Assembly: GCA_003971905.1 (NCBI GenBank)
Contig: RSEE01000004.1
Coordinates: 1,240,001 to 1,304,000, forward strand
Source: Moniliella sp. 'wahieum'
Lineage: Eukaryota
DNA: 64,000 bases
Direction of reading: 5' to 3'
The translations under genes and the position numbers were made by a program. Position 1 is the first letter of the stretch; the number at the start of each line of letters is the position of its first letter. Under the pieces are notes generated by a model, which saw nothing but the letters and a program-made list of their open reading frames with translations, was not told the DNA's origin and did no database searches. Below are positions 63,067 through 64,000 of this stretch, piece by piece.

Positions 63067-64000
63067 ATGTCCACTACCGCCACTGCTACCGCCATGGGCT
63101 TCACAGCCTCCCAGCTGCGTCGCCATCCCCAGCCTGCTCCCCCGTCTCGTCCACAACGTGTCCCTCCTGGACCTCATCAAGTGTCCCGTGTCCAACGACA
63201 TGGTCATCTACCTCGCCCACCACGCTGCCCACGTCATTGCCTGCACCGAGGTCGACTCCACCCTCCCTCCGTCGCGCTCGCTGTGCCCGGCGCCAACCCC
63301 CTCGATGTCGCCCACGCCGACCCAGCCGTACGGGCCCAGGTGGTGGCCTTCCTAGTCTCGACCGCTTCATCGCCCAGCTGGTTGAGCGGTCCAACGTCCA
63401 AGTCCCGACGCTGCTGTGCACGCTCATCTACCTTGCTCGGATCAAGTCGCGTCTGCCCAGCGTGGCCAAGGGCATGCCCTGCACCCGTCACCGTCTCTTC
63501 CTTGCTGCCCTGATCGTTGCCGCCAAGTACCTCAACGACTCGTCCCCGAAAAACAAGCATTGGTGTCGGTACGCCAACCTCTTCTCGCTGGCCGAGGTGA
63601 GCCTGATGGAGAAACAAATGCTGTACATTTTGGATTACGACCTGCGCATCGAGAGTCGGAGCTGTTGCCACTTTGCACCCTTTTTCCGCCACTTTGAACG
63701 GCCGGCCGATACGGGCCGGCGGGAAATGTACGTGTGGGGTGGAGGCCGGACGGGAACTGCACCGCTACGACGCCCGCGCCTCGGAGCGGCGCGTGTACCT
63801 CCGTTCCTGCCTGCGGAAGACGTTCCGTGCTGGAAGGAGATGGCACCGCCTACTCTGCCCTCTTCCGCCAGCAGCGGCACGGCACGACACTTGGCGCTTC
63901 CCTGGCCCGTGGCCACTCCTCAGGGAGCATCAACACGTCTGCCTCCTCGCCCGACTTGGTCGAGGACCATGCCAGTTCCTCGGGCGCGTCGTCCATGTCG
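63067..64000 (+). CDS. Pcl1/Pcl2-like Pho85 cyclin, runs off the window end
   Basis: [29 protein letters not shown]; with frame repair [89 protein letters not shown]. Confidence 0.92.

Overview
GC-rich (about 60%) eukaryotic DNA from a fungus, most likely a basidiomycete (inferred from short GT-AG introns with CTRAC branch points and from the gene families present). The consensus carries many single-base indels, even in ribosomal protein genes, so most genes are split across several ORF-track frames and gene boundaries are approximate. Recognisable genes in order: CLC channel (3' part), a multi-TM membrane protein, ERG25, RPL23, ZNF830-like, a Zn2Cys6 transcription factor, pirin, KOG1/Raptor, a Rad5/Uls1-type SNF2-RING helicase, tRNA-Arg(ACG), RPL38, VPS64/FAR9-like FHA protein, DCP1, an Old Yellow Enzyme, a DENN-domain protein, cyclophilin B, a DUF6533-like membrane protein, a Pho80/Pcl cyclin, VPS35, tRNA-Ala(AGC) and a PCL1/2 cyclin (5' part). 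I found no CRISPR array, rRNA or recognisable transposon, and nothing I can establish as a new system. The best leads are: (i) a hairpin-dense non-coding block at about 17.99-18.78 kb that may be a large structured RNA; (ii) a recurring 7-bp palindrome grammar (ANNNNT-C)n in the long intergenic regions; (iii) loss of both caspase-like dyad residues in Raptor and of two conserved active-site tyrosines in the OYE; (iv) motifs shared upstream of both ribosomal protein genes.
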